DNA of 64,000 nt from Candidatus Kaiserbacteria bacterium (lineage in GTDB: Bacteria > Patescibacteriota > Minisyncoccia > Phycocordibacterales > UBA918). The notes beneath the pieces were generated by a model. It had not been told where the DNA came from. It ran no database searches and saw only the letters and a program-made list of their open reading frames with translations. Positions 49,051-59,206 of the stretch are shown here, piece by piece; positions within the stretch are counted from its first letter, which is position 1, and each line of letters starts with the position of its first letter. The position numbers and the translations under genes are program-made. The DNA is taken from contig CP064968.1 of NCBI GenBank assembly GCA_016699245.1, positions 89,686-153,685 on the forward strand. Reading direction: 5' to 3'.

Positions 49051-49482
49051 TTATACTTCTCCTCCTATGTTTGCTGAATCGTCAACACCTCTTTCAGTAC
49101 GACATTCCTTACGGTCTGTTTTGAATTCTGCCCACGCGCCCTTCTTTGCATTTTTCCAGGCTGTGCGCGCATCCTTTATATCTTTCTTGAAGGCTCCCCA
49201 CACTTCTTTGACTGAGGATTTAATATTTTTGCTATTTTCTTGCGAATACGCATCTTCGAGCCCCTCTCCGCGCTCTGTGTACGCTTTAAGGATTGAAGTG
49301 TTGTAAGTTGTTACTGCTGTCTTGAGTGTTGCTTCTCGAGTCTTTACCGTAGCCTTAAGACAAGAAACACTATTATTTGTGGTTGTACCAGGTACTCCAT
49401 CAACTTCCACTTGTGCTTGAGCCATAGGGGTAGCAACGAGCATAAATGCAACGATGCTGAAAGTAGTAATTAATTTTTGCAT
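49051..49482 (-). CDS. secreted Lys-rich hypothetical protein
   Basis: Signal peptide ending AQAQ; charged helical remainder; unknown family. Confidence 0.35.
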   Translation of the reverse strand: MQKLITTFSIVAFMLVATPMAQAQVEVDGVPGTTTNNSVSCLKATVKTREATLKTAVTTYNTSILKAYTERGEGLEDAYSQENSKNIKSSVKEVWGAFKKDIKDARTAWKNAKKGAWAEFKTDRKECRTERGVDDSANIGGEV

Positions 49483-49609
49483 AGATCTAAAATAGATGTG
49501 TTTGAAACTATTATTGATTAAAAGAGTATTGCACTGGTTAATTATATATTATATACATATAAAAATAATACTTTAATCCTCATTATGTGGATTATTGATA
49601 GTAACAATT

Positions 49610-50209
49610 CTAGTTATTATATAGCTTCCGTAGGCCGATAGCGTCTGCTTCGGGTAGGCGATGTTTCATACTGACGCGGAATTGGTAGAGGCCAAAACCA
49701 AGGAAGACAAATACAATAGCTTGCTTATATAGCACCCATTCATCGGCCGAGAGAAACATACGTACTAATTCATTCGAAACAGCAGAGAATACAAAAAAAA
49801 TAAACCACCGCCCTTCGAGTATGCGCCAGCCCTCCTCAGTAATAGCAAAGATATGACCAAAAAAAGTCTTGAAAAGAGACTTCTTCTGCCATAGGCTGAC
49901 GCCTAAAAACAGAGCAAAAAGTCCATAGTACACAGAATCTTTTATGATAAGTATCCAGGGGGCAGTGAATATGTACGTGAGCAGGGCAGTGAGGATAGTG
50001 ATAGAGCCAGAAAAAATCGCAAACCACGGTACTCGCTTGTTCACAAACTGTGAAAGCACAAGCGCTACGAGCGTTGCCGCACCGAGGGCTAGGGCTGCCT
50101 TAAGAAAATCAAAGAGATAATACGCAACAAAGAATACACCCACTGGGCCAAACTCAATCACAAACATATCAAATATGAGTATCTTCCAAATATGGCTATG
50201 TTTTTTCAT
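49610..50209 (-). CDS. inner-membrane protein, YciB/septation-protein-A-like
   Basis: 199 aa, 5 TM helices; N-terminal EFGPVGVFFVAYY resembles YciB (LDFLPLVVFFAFY). Assignment tentative. Confidence 0.4.
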   Translation of the reverse strand: MKKHSHIWKILIFDMFVIEFGPVGVFFVAYYLFDFLKAALALGAATLVALVLSQFVNKRVPWFAIFSGSITILTALLTYIFTAPWILIIKDSVYYGLFALFLGVSLWQKKSLFKTFFGHIFAITEEGWRILEGRWFIFFVFSAVSNELVRMFLSADEWVLYKQAIVFVFLGFGLYQFRVSMKHRLPEADAIGLRKLYNN

Positions 50210-50453
50210 TTTACATAGTATACAGGATTTGAATGAGAATCTTTGTACGAGGGTACATAAAATTTGATGGGGGAGTCTAAAAGATTTTGCTATTTATGAA
50301 TGACAAATAAATCATGCAAGAAAGAAATTATGGAAACGCACAGTGGTATACTACGACGATACAGAGCAGACGATTACATGCACAGGGTCGCGCATTGTCC
50401 GTATTAGAAAAAATATTTTCTTATTTTCATCTTAATCTATTTATACTCAATTT

Positions 50454-50744
50454 ATGATAACTCTCTATGTAAAAACAGGATGCCCATATTGCGCTCGAGT
50501 GCTTGGGGTACTTGATTCACAAAGTGTTCCGTATGAAATGAAGAATATTGCAGATGATGCTGTTATGAATGAACTCATTACCCTTGGAGGGAAACGACAA
50601 GTCCCGTTTCTCATTGATGAAGATGTGTCCCTATATGAATCACAGAATATTATCGACCATATTAATGCGAAGTATCAGGTAGTACAAGGCGAGGACTCTT
50701 CTCCAGATTCAGAAAAGAGCAGTGGTGTGTGTCCCATAGAGTAA
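50454..50744 (+). CDS. glutaredoxin
   Basis: CPYC active site at residues 10-13; thioredoxin-fold length with C-terminal extension. Confidence 0.7.
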   Translation: MITLYVKTGCPYCARVLGVLDSQSVPYEMKNIADDAVMNELITLGGKRQVPFLIDEDVSLYESQNIIDHINAKYQVVQGEDSSPDSEKSSGVCPIE

Positions 50745-50995
50745 TTATCTCGTGTAATTCCTAAAAGAATTCTAAAGATTATATTTGCGCAATGAGTAAC
50801 TGCGACACTTTATTTATTGTCCATACTAGTAATGATCTCAGACAATGGAGTTGCTCATGTCTTAATCAAATACGTTTGATTTTATATCTATTTTCGGATA
50901 AGGTATCTTTGGAGTCGATTCAGTTCGTAAAGCCAACAGCACGGCTTAATGTGCTCTTTTGAACATTGAAACAACCAAAACTGGAGGATTTTCTC

Positions 50996-51910
50996 ATGAT
51001 TACTCTCACAAATGGACATGCTTTCGAACACATGGTCGCAAGCGGATCTCTTGCCTTCGATGGCAGGGGCTGGCCTTGGGAACGACCATTCGTGTGGCTC
51101 GGTCTCATCAAACCCCAACTCTTCACTACCGTCATCAAGTCTCTGACGCGCAACCCGCGTCCTGGGAATTTGCGATGGTGGAAGCCATGGACGTGTGTCC
51201 GCCTGATTCCAGGCGGAGCGGTCAACAAGGTTGGGCTCACCAACCCTGGTGTCGAGTGGTGGTGCCGTGAAGTCGGTCCCACAATCGATTTCCAAAAGTT
51301 CCCGACTGCCGGATCTATCTTTGGCGAGGAGAAGGAACTGGTGGAAATGGCGGAGATGCTCAATTGCTTTGATCTTGTTGCGCTTAAAGTGAACGTCTCA
51401 TGTCCGAATAGCGGCCACGCAATCGAGCAAGCAGAGATGGTGGTGAATAGTGTGAAGGCGGTCAAACGCGCTTCGCGTCATCCCATCATCGTCAAACTCT
51501 CAGCCGATCAAGACTATCTCGCCATTGCGCGCGGACTTGTTGGTATCGCTGAAGCGATTGCTCTCAACAGCGTACCGTGGAAGACAGTCTTCACTAACGG
51601 TGAGCTGACTCCTTTGGCAAAGCTCGAGAAGCAAGTCGGTGGCGGAGGCGGAGGCGTCTCCGGCAAGCCTGCACAGAAACATAACTGGGTGGCAGTTGAA
51701 GCCCTTGCAAAACAAGGATTAATCCCCGTGATTGGTCCAAGTGTCATGGAATTCGAAGACATGGAAAAACTCCGGAAACTCGGCGCGAAAGCGATTAGTT
51801 TCGGAGCAATTCATCTGCGGACTCCGTGGAAACCAACCTCGTTCGTCAACAAAGAAATGAAGGAGAAAACTCATGAAAGAAACCTCGGTAACAATCCCTC
51901 GGTGGTTTGA
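50996..51910 (+). CDS. pyrD: dihydroorotate dehydrogenase family TIM-barrel protein (PyrD-like)
   Basis: NKVGLTNPG, LKVNVSCPN, PIIVKLS, GGGGGGVSG and IPVIGPSVM motifs parallel DHODH signature regions; GC content clearly above the window average. Confidence 0.55.
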   Translation: MITLTNGHAFEHMVASGSLAFDGRGWPWERPFVWLGLIKPQLFTTVIKSLTRNPRPGNLRWWKPWTCVRLIPGGAVNKVGLTNPGVEWWCREVGPTIDFQKFPTAGSIFGEEKELVEMAEMLNCFDLVALKVNVSCPNSGHAIEQAEMVVNSVKAVKRASRHPIIVKLSADQDYLAIARGLVGIAEAIALNSVPWKTVFTNGELTPLAKLEKQVGGGGGGVSGKPAQKHNWVAVEALAKQGLIPVIGPSVMEFEDMEKLRKLGAKAISFGAIHLRTPWKPTSFVNKEMKEKTHERNLGNNPSVV

Positions 51911-52958
51911 TCGCCACATTCACATCCGCGATAACGACATGATGGAAGCCGTTCTTCCGTCTACGCTCAGGCAGCGTGCGACGGGAGCGGTCATCATGCC
52001 TAACCTAGCAGATCCGATTTCCACGATCGAGAAAGCGAAAGCCTATCGTCACCGGATTAGTGAAGTGCGTGGAAATTACTTCATGAATCGCGTTCCTTTT
52101 ATCGGGAATGCAAAAGATCAATTCGAACCGTGTATGACGCTCTATCTAACGGATCACATCGATCCCGAGGAAGTTGTGCGTGGTTTCGAAGAAGGTGTCT
52201 GGCGTGCGGTAAAACTCTATATGGCCAATCAAAAAGGCCAAGGTGGAACTACCGGGTCTGCACACGGCGTGAAGAATCTTCTCGGCCGCTATAAGGTGTT
52301 CGAGGCAATGGAGAAACACAGGATTCCGCTCCTCGGGCACTTCGAAGCGGTCGAAGATGATGTTGATGAGTTTGATCGCGAAATCGTTTCTGCTGAGCGC
52401 GACCTCGAGCCCATTCTCAAGTCCTTCCCAGGACTGCCGGTGGTTTTCGAACATCTCACGGATGGACGCGCGGCTGACTTCGTAGCACAAGCAAGTCATG
52501 ACATTTATGCGACGGTGACTGCTCATCATCTGATGATTAATCGCAACGATATGTTCTCGGGTGGCATGAACCCAGGCAACTATTGCAAGCCTGTGCCGAA
52601 GCGCGAAGAACATCGCGTAAGGGTCCGGCAGTATGTGACATCGGGCAATCGCCGCTTTGGTGCAGGAACCGATTCAGCTCCGCATGATGAAAGTGTGAAG
52701 TCTCGTTGCTACGGCTGCGCGGCAGGCATCTTCACCGCACCGATAGCAGTCGAGCTCTACACAGGTATCTTCGACGAAGACAACGCCCTCCAACATCTCG
52801 GTCCGTTCATGTCCGAGAACTTTCTCGCGCTGTATGGCATGAAGGTGAGTTCGGAGACAATGACCATCAAACGAATGGCACATGTCGTTCCGCAGAAGAT
52901 CGGAGGCGTTCAGGTCTTCAAAGGAGGCTCCGAGATTCCGTGGAAACTCGTTGGTTGA
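51873..52958 (+). CDS. pyrC: dihydroorotase, class II (E. coli PyrC type)
   Basis: DRHIHIRD (cf. DDWHLHLRDG), AVIMPNL, LYLTD, PLLGH, VVFEHLT, HHLM.NRN, GTDSAPH and CYGCAAG all align with E. coli PyrC; overlaps pyrD-like stop by 38 nt. Confidence 0.85.
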   Translation: MKETSVTIPRWFDRHIHIRDNDMMEAVLPSTLRQRATGAVIMPNLADPISTIEKAKAYRHRISEVRGNYFMNRVPFIGNAKDQFEPCMTLYLTDHIDPEEVVRGFEEGVWRAVKLYMANQKGQGGTTGSAHGVKNLLGRYKVFEAMEKHRIPLLGHFEAVEDDVDEFDREIVSAERDLEPILKSFPGLPVVFEHLTDGRAADFVAQASHDIYATVTAHHLMINRNDMFSGGMNPGNYCKPVPKREEHRVRVRQYVTSGNRRFGAGTDSAPHDESVKSRCYGCAAGIFTAPIAVELYTGIFDEDNALQHLGPFMSENFLALYGMKVSSETMTIKRMAHVVPQKIGGVQVFKGGSEIPWKLVG

Positions 52959-53206
52959 ATCAAAAGCGAGAACGTTAACCCAACCCTGACACTTAATTGT
53001 TGTCAGGGTTGTTTTTTATTAACTGCTACTTCCGAGATACATTATTCCAGAGTAGTTCAAACAGTGATTGCCTAAATTCAATAAGTACGCGTGTTTTGAC
53101 AAACTGTTAAAAAGTAAGTTTATTGTGTTATTCTTGCTAATTATTATCTATTTTATAATAACTATGTATACTATTAATATAGTTTAGGTAGTAATTATAT
53201 TAATTT

Positions 53207-54649
53207 ATGAATAATTTATATAAATCAGAACTCAAGAACTTTTTAGAGTTAAGTTACGCAGAACTTGAAGCGCTCAATCTAAAAGCAAAAGAGGATGCAG
53301 AGAAGCTTTCGCCCGAGGTACTCCAAAAGCAGTACACAGAATACCTCACGAAAGAGAAGCGTATCAAGGCAGTCACTATATGTTTTAGTGACGTTGAAGG
53401 AAGACTCCATATGCTTGACTATGATAAGAACTTTCTTTTGAGTTCACTTTCAAATCTCACCTTCGATGGTTCATCAATCAGAGGATTCACACAACAACAT
53501 GAATCAGACTTGCGTATTGAAGTAGATTGGGCAAGTATTAGATTTTTCCCCGCAGATGTATTCGGACCTGGAAAGGTCATTTTTTTTGCCACCGTACTCA
53601 ATCGTGACCGAACTCCGTATGTAAATGATTTCAGAGGGAGACTCAAAGAGTACACAACGGAGATAAAAAAGAAGCAGGGTCTCACTGCGTATTCTGCAGG
53701 TGAGATTGAGGGATTCCTTGTCGACGGGGTGGAAGCTGAGCAACACTTTACCTCACGAGAGGGATTTAAACTGGTGAGCTCAGGTGGATATTTCCACTCG
53801 CTTCCCATGGACAAACTCCGCATCTTTATTGATCAGTGTGCTGAAGCACAACGAGCGATGGGATTCCAAAATGAGAAGGATCACCCCGAAGTAGCACCGT
53901 CGCAGTTTGAAATGAATTTCTCATATGCGGAAGTGATGCGTGCTGCTGACAATGTGCAACTCTATAAACTCATTTGCAGACAAGTTGCTCGAAACCTCGG
54001 TATGACGGCAACATTTCTGCCCAAGCCCTTTACCGGTATCAATGGCTCCGGCATGCATACGAATTTTTCACTCAAAAAAAATGGGAAGAACATTTTCCAT
54101 GAAGCAAAGGGTCAAGATGGTCTTTCAAAAATTGCATGGGAGTTTATTTCACGATTGCTCAATCACGCACCGGAGATATGTCTTATCTTCAATCCATCAG
54201 TCAATAGTTATAGACGTCTTGACCCGCATTTTGAAGCGCCCAATCAAATTAAAGTGTCGGCACTCGACAGAGGTTCAATGATTCGTATTCCTGTAGGAAA
54301 TGAAAAAACAGCTCGTATTGAAGTGCGCTCAGTAGCACCGGATGCAAATCCATACCTCGTTCTCTTTACGATTCTCAAAATTGGGCTTGAGGGAGAATCA
54401 CTCAAGAAGGATGAAAATAAACGTGACCGACTTCGCTTCTTGCCCGACAATATCAACGATGCGATTGCTCTTTTTAAGTCGAGTAAGTTCATTGGCAAAA
54501 TATTAGGTGAGGAAAGTAAAGAGCGCATCGCGTTATTCAAGCAAATTGCAGCCGATAGATCGCCGAAGGCACTCGGAAGCTACATTAAGGCATCCGAGGT
54601 GCTCTATCACCATGAGGTGACCAACCAGTTCCTTTGGACAAAATTCTAA
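53207..54649 (+). CDS. glnA: glutamine synthetase
   Basis: KPFTGINGSGMHTNFS, NSYRRL and RIP signature regions; 480 aa; preceded by a very AT-rich ~170-bp region. Confidence 0.8.
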   Translation: MNNLYKSELKNFLELSYAELEALNLKAKEDAEKLSPEVLQKQYTEYLTKEKRIKAVTICFSDVEGRLHMLDYDKNFLLSSLSNLTFDGSSIRGFTQQHESDLRIEVDWASIRFFPADVFGPGKVIFFATVLNRDRTPYVNDFRGRLKEYTTEIKKKQGLTAYSAGEIEGFLVDGVEAEQHFTSREGFKLVSSGGYFHSLPMDKLRIFIDQCAEAQRAMGFQNEKDHPEVAPSQFEMNFSYAEVMRAADNVQLYKLICRQVARNLGMTATFLPKPFTGINGSGMHTNFSLKKNGKNIFHEAKGQDGLSKIAWEFISRLLNHAPEICLIFNPSVNSYRRLDPHFEAPNQIKVSALDRGSMIRIPVGNEKTARIEVRSVAPDANPYLVLFTILKIGLEGESLKKDENKRDRLRFLPDNINDAIALFKSSKFIGKILGEESKERIALFKQIAADRSPKALGSYIKASEVLYHHEVTNQFLWTKF

Positions 54650-54752
54650 GCGTCTCGGACTCACCCCTATGGATACATTTTGAGGTGTGCATAAAGAAAT
54701 GTGATATAGGGGTGAGTCTTAGAAAGACCATTTTATTAGTCACAAAAGTAAT

Positions 54753-56090
54753 ATGAACTCATTAAAAAAATATTCACTCTGGCTACTTATTCTCGGGGGC
54801 TTTGTAAGTCTCCTTGCAATGGGGTATGCCGGAAGTTCTGCGGGCGATTTTGATCCTGCAAGTATTAATTCGGGGGATACCGCGTGGATGCTCATGGCTA
54901 CTGCGCTCGTGATGCTTATGACACCTGCTGTCGGTTTCTTTTATGGTGGCATGGTATCTGCAAAGAACGTGGTGAGTGTCCTTAAACAATCGTTTATTAT
55001 TCTTGCACTTGTGAGTATTCAATGGGTGATTGTAGGGTACAGTCTTGTGTTTGGTACAGATATTAAAGGAATTATTGGTGGCATGGATTACTTCGCACTT
55101 CAGGGTGTCGGGTATGCCCCGAATGCTGATTACGCAGCGACAATTCCACACCTTATGTTCATGATGTTCCAAGGAATGTTTGCCATTATTACACCTGCAC
55201 TCATTATTGGTGCGTTTGTAGGGCGTATGAAGTTTAAAGCACTTGTCGCCTTTACTTTACTTTGGACCACACTCGTCTATGACCCGATTGCACACTGGGT
55301 GTGGGGGATTGGAGGATGGCTCAGAGACTCGGGAGCGCTCGACTTTGCAGGAGGTACTGTCGTACACATGAGTGCAGGTTTTTCTGCACTTGCAGCAGCA
55401 CTCCTCATTGGTAAGCGTATTACCTCAGGACATCCATCCTCAAATGCAAACAACGTGCCGTTTGTTATTCTCGGTGCTGTATTGCTGTGGTTTGGGTGGT
55501 TTGGCTTTAATGCGGGTTCTGCACTTGGTGCAGGAGCACTTGCGTCGGGAGTATTTGTTGTAACGAATATTGCAGCAGCGGCGTCAGCCCTTGCGTGGGT
55601 CATTCTCTCATATGCGGAAAATGGAAAGCCTTCTGCGATGGCAGCGGCTATTGGTGCAGTCTGTGGACTCGTTTCGATTACTCCTGCATCAGGCTACGTT
55701 GGTCCTGTATCAGCAATTGCTATTGGACTCATCGGGGGAGTCGTCACCTATCTCGCGGTGTACTGGCGCATGCATAAGTCGAGTATTGATGACAGTCTCG
55801 ATGTGTGGGCAGCACATGGTATGGGAGGACTCGTGGGAGCAATACTCACGGGAGTTTTTGCTGAGAAAGCCGTGAACTCATTTGGGAACGACGGATTACT
55901 CTTTGGAAATGCAGGACTCGTATGGACACAAATTGTTGCTGTACTATGTACCGCACTCTATGCGTTCGTCGCGACCTACATCATTCTCAAAGTGCTCTCG
56001 ATGTTTACACCACTCCGTGTAACCTCAAAGCAAGAGGAAGAGGGACTCGACATAGCGAGCCACGGTGAAATGGGCTACCGTCTCCAATAA
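54753..56090 (+). CDS. amt: ammonium transporter (Amt/MEP family)
   Basis: 445 aa, 11 TM; DFAGGTVVHMSAGF signature and conserved twin-His region. Confidence 0.85.
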   Translation: MNSLKKYSLWLLILGGFVSLLAMGYAGSSAGDFDPASINSGDTAWMLMATALVMLMTPAVGFFYGGMVSAKNVVSVLKQSFIILALVSIQWVIVGYSLVFGTDIKGIIGGMDYFALQGVGYAPNADYAATIPHLMFMMFQGMFAIITPALIIGAFVGRMKFKALVAFTLLWTTLVYDPIAHWVWGIGGWLRDSGALDFAGGTVVHMSAGFSALAAALLIGKRITSGHPSSNANNVPFVILGAVLLWFGWFGFNAGSALGAGALASGVFVVTNIAAAASALAWVILSYAENGKPSAMAAAIGAVCGLVSITPASGYVGPVSAIAIGLIGGVVTYLAVYWRMHKSSIDDSLDVWAAHGMGGLVGAILTGVFAEKAVNSFGNDGLLFGNAGLVWTQIVAVLCTALYAFVATYIILKVLSMFTPLRVTSKQEEEGLDIASHGEMGYRLQ

Positions 56091-56181
56091 TAAAAACAAG
56101 AAATCACCCATACACAAAATCACCCAGTAATGGGTGATTTTGAGTTATCTGCTCAAATTGGAAGTAATCCCTAGGGGAACC

Positions 56182-57489
56182 TTAGGGATTAGAAATTTCG
56201 GACTCGATGGCGAGGAGGCGGTTGTATTTTGCGAGGCGTTCACCGCGTGAGAGGGAGCCTGTTTTAATACACTCTGCACCGGTACCTACGGCGAGGTCGG
56301 CGATGAAGTCGTCAACGGTTTCTCCTGAACGGTGTGACACGACAACACGGATATCATGTGTCTGTGCGAGTCGAATACACTCGAGAGTCTCTGAGAGGGT
56401 GCCGATTTGATTTACCTTAATCAAAATTGCGTTGCATGACTTTCCCTCAATTGCTTGCTGTAGGCGCTTTGGATTGGTGACGAGCAAATCATCCCCAACG
56501 AGCATAAATGCTGTTTCAAGTTTTTCTGGGTGTGACGCAAATACGAAACGCTTCTTTGATTCAAGTGTTTCTTTCATCGTTGCCCATCCAGTCCAATCAT
56601 CTTCTTGAAGTCCGTCCTCAATGGAAACGAGGTGATACTTTTGAATCCAACTTTCGTAGAGTGCAATCATTGCTTCGGTACTGAGGTTTTTATTTTCTGG
56701 CTTGAGGAGATACTGGTTGAGACCCGTGTCATAGAATGAAGTTGATGCGGTATCGAGTGCAATAGATACCTGTTCACCAGGGACGTACCCCGCTGTTTCA
56801 ATCGCTTTAATGAGGTACTCAAATGCCTCATCATGGCTCGTGAGACGTGGTGCAAAACCTCCTTCATCTCCAACACTGGTGACAAAGCCCTTGGCTTCAA
56901 GTAATTTTTTGAGTGCGTGAAATATTTCACTTCCAGCTCGGAGTTGTTCGCTGTATGTTGCTATGCCCGTAGGGACGAGCATAAACTCTTGGAAAGAAAG
57001 TCCCGAGTCACTATGCATACCACCATTGAGGACATTAAACATAGGGACGGGAAGCGCGACTTTTTTATCAGTGTGCAACAGTGTATTGATATGCGCATAG
57101 AGGGGAATTGATTGCTCGAGTGCAGATGCACGAGCGGTTGCAAGTGAAATACCCAAGATTGCATTTGCTCCAAGGCGTCCCTTATTTTCTGTACCATCAA
57201 GTGCAATCATGGCATCATCGAGTGCCTTTTGGTCGCTTGCTTCCATACCGATAACAGCCTCTTTGAGTTCGGTGTTTACATGAGCGACCGCGTTCAAAAC
57301 TCCTTTTCCGTTGTAGCGAGCCTTATCACCATCGCGGAGTTCTATTGCTTCGTGTGCACCGGTGGATGCGCCCGAGGGGACCATTGCTACTCCCTCCGTT
57401 CCACTTTCAAGAGTTACCAAAACTTCGATGGTTGGGTTGCCGCGTGAATCAAGAATTTCTCGTCCTTGTACGTTTACAATTTTAGACAT
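56182..57489 (-). CDS. eno: enolase (phosphopyruvate hydratase)
   Basis: REILDSRGNPTIEV N-terminus; SHRSGETED; 435 aa. Confidence 0.95.
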   Translation of the reverse strand: MSKIVNVQGREILDSRGNPTIEVLVTLESGTEGVAMVPSGASTGAHEAIELRDGDKARYNGKGVLNAVAHVNTELKEAVIGMEASDQKALDDAMIALDGTENKGRLGANAILGISLATARASALEQSIPLYAHINTLLHTDKKVALPVPMFNVLNGGMHSDSGLSFQEFMLVPTGIATYSEQLRAGSEIFHALKKLLEAKGFVTSVGDEGGFAPRLTSHDEAFEYLIKAIETAGYVPGEQVSIALDTASTSFYDTGLNQYLLKPENKNLSTEAMIALYESWIQKYHLVSIEDGLQEDDWTGWATMKETLESKKRFVFASHPEKLETAFMLVGDDLLVTNPKRLQQAIEGKSCNAILIKVNQIGTLSETLECIRLAQTHDIRVVVSHRSGETVDDFIADLAVGTGAECIKTGSLSRGERLAKYNRLLAIESEISNP

Positions 57490-57567
57490 GCTGATTATTT
57501 AATACGTTAATAAATATAAAGTGCAAGTGCACAGTATACAGGGAAGTTATTTTTCGTCACACCCTTG

Positions 57568-59086
57568 TTATGGGTGTACGAGGCATCTGCCGGTCATTAC
57601 TGCCGGCTGTGGAAGATTCATTAAGTGAAGGATAGTGGGCGCCACATCAGCGAGTGTCCCGTTTTCAATTTTTTCTTCATGGGAGGTCACAATAACGGGG
57701 ACGTGGTTGGTGGTGTGTGCGGTATGCATTTCACCCGTCTCATGGTTGATATTTTCTTCTGCATTGCCATGATCTGCGGTAATGAGCACAACCCCATCGT
57801 GTGAAAGTGCCGCCTCCACCACACGCTTCAATTGCGTATCCACTTCTGTAAGTGCAATGTGGAGCGCTTCTGTATTGCCGGTGTGTCCCACCATGTCGGC
57901 ATTAGCGAAATTGATAAAAATGAAGTCAGTTCCTTTCTCTATGGATTCGAGCGCCTTATCAGCAATTTCTTTTGCACGCATTTTTGGCGCGAGGTCATGC
58001 GTGAGTACGTCTTTGCGACTCGGTACGAGAATGTGCTCCTCACCAGGGTAGGGAAGTTCATGGCAGCAATTGAGAAAGAATGTTGCATGCGCATACTTTT
58101 CTGTTTCGGCAATGTGTGCCTGTGAAAGTCCGGCATCAGAAACTTCTTTTGCGAGCGTTGTCGTAATTTCTATTGGAGGGAATGCAACATGCGCAGGAAT
58201 TCCTTTCTCGTACTCGGTAAGTGTCACAAAACACAAATCCTTCTTCTCTGCATGCGTCACAATTTTACTCGAGAGCATGCGCGCTCGATCAGAGCGGAAA
58301 TTAAAAAAAGAAAATTCCATCATGATCCATCACCGTGTACTGGTGCCCCTCTTCATCAAGGAAAACGGTGGGTTTCACATGCTCATCAAAGACACCCTCT
58401 GCATACAACTTCTCCATTATCTCAGATGGTCTGCATGTATGCTCAGTGTTATCACATCGTCCATGGAAAATTGCATCCTCAACACGCTCGAGCCTGTCCC
58501 AGTTGTTGTCTCTATCCATTGCATAGAAACGTCCGGCGGTGGTGGCAATAAATCCGATGCCTAAATCATCGATGACGTCCTCAAGTTCCTTGAGATACTG
58601 TGCTGCACTTCGTGGCCCTGTGTCGCGTCCGTCGGTAAATGCGTGAATGGCTATTTTTGTTACACCCGCCTCTTTTGCCGCCTTCATAAAAGCGTACAGA
58701 TGGCTACTGTGACTATGGATTCCTCCCGGGGAGAGGAGCCCTTTGATATGCAACACCGAATCGTGCTTTTTTACATGGTCAAATAGTTTTATAAAAGCAG
58801 GATTCGTCGCAAACTCATTATTTTTTACCGCCTTTGATATGCGGAGTAAGTCGGTATCAATAATTTTACCTGCACCGATGGTCATGTGTCCCACTTCACT
58901 ATTTCCCATCTGGCCAGAGGGAAGACCGACACTCTCCGAACTTGCTTCAAGAAGCGCATGAGGATAGGTATTCCACAAGGAATCAAAAAATGGTGTCGGC
59001 GCTTCTGCTATGGCATTATCGCGCGTCTCTTCGCGATGCCCCCATCCATCGAGAACAATGAGAACCGTTGGTTTTTTATCGTGCAT
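57568..59086 (-). CDS. gpmI: 2,3-bisphosphoglycerate-independent phosphoglycerate mutase, split by a -1/+1 frameshift at a T7/A7 tract near 58294-58325
   Basis: N-terminal half (58301..59086: VLDGWGH, catalytic Ser region) and C-terminal half (57568..58323: FNFRSDRAR...DHGN) together equal a full ~510-aa iPGM; junction ...IFF|FNFR falls in a homopolymer run. Confidence 0.8.
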
Positions 59087-59150
59087 ATCAATATTTTAAA
59101 TAAGTTCCAAGTATACTACATAATTTGTGTGTATCTATAGATATGTATAT
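58950..59150. repeat. copy A of a ~190-bp diverged direct repeat (gpmI 5' end + upstream region)
   Basis: Roughly 80-85% identical to 60740-60900. Confidence 0.6.
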
Positions 59151-59206
59151 GTTAAAAAAAGATAGAAAGTTGTGTCCTGTTGCTCTTGAGGTCAGACATC
59201 AAAAAC

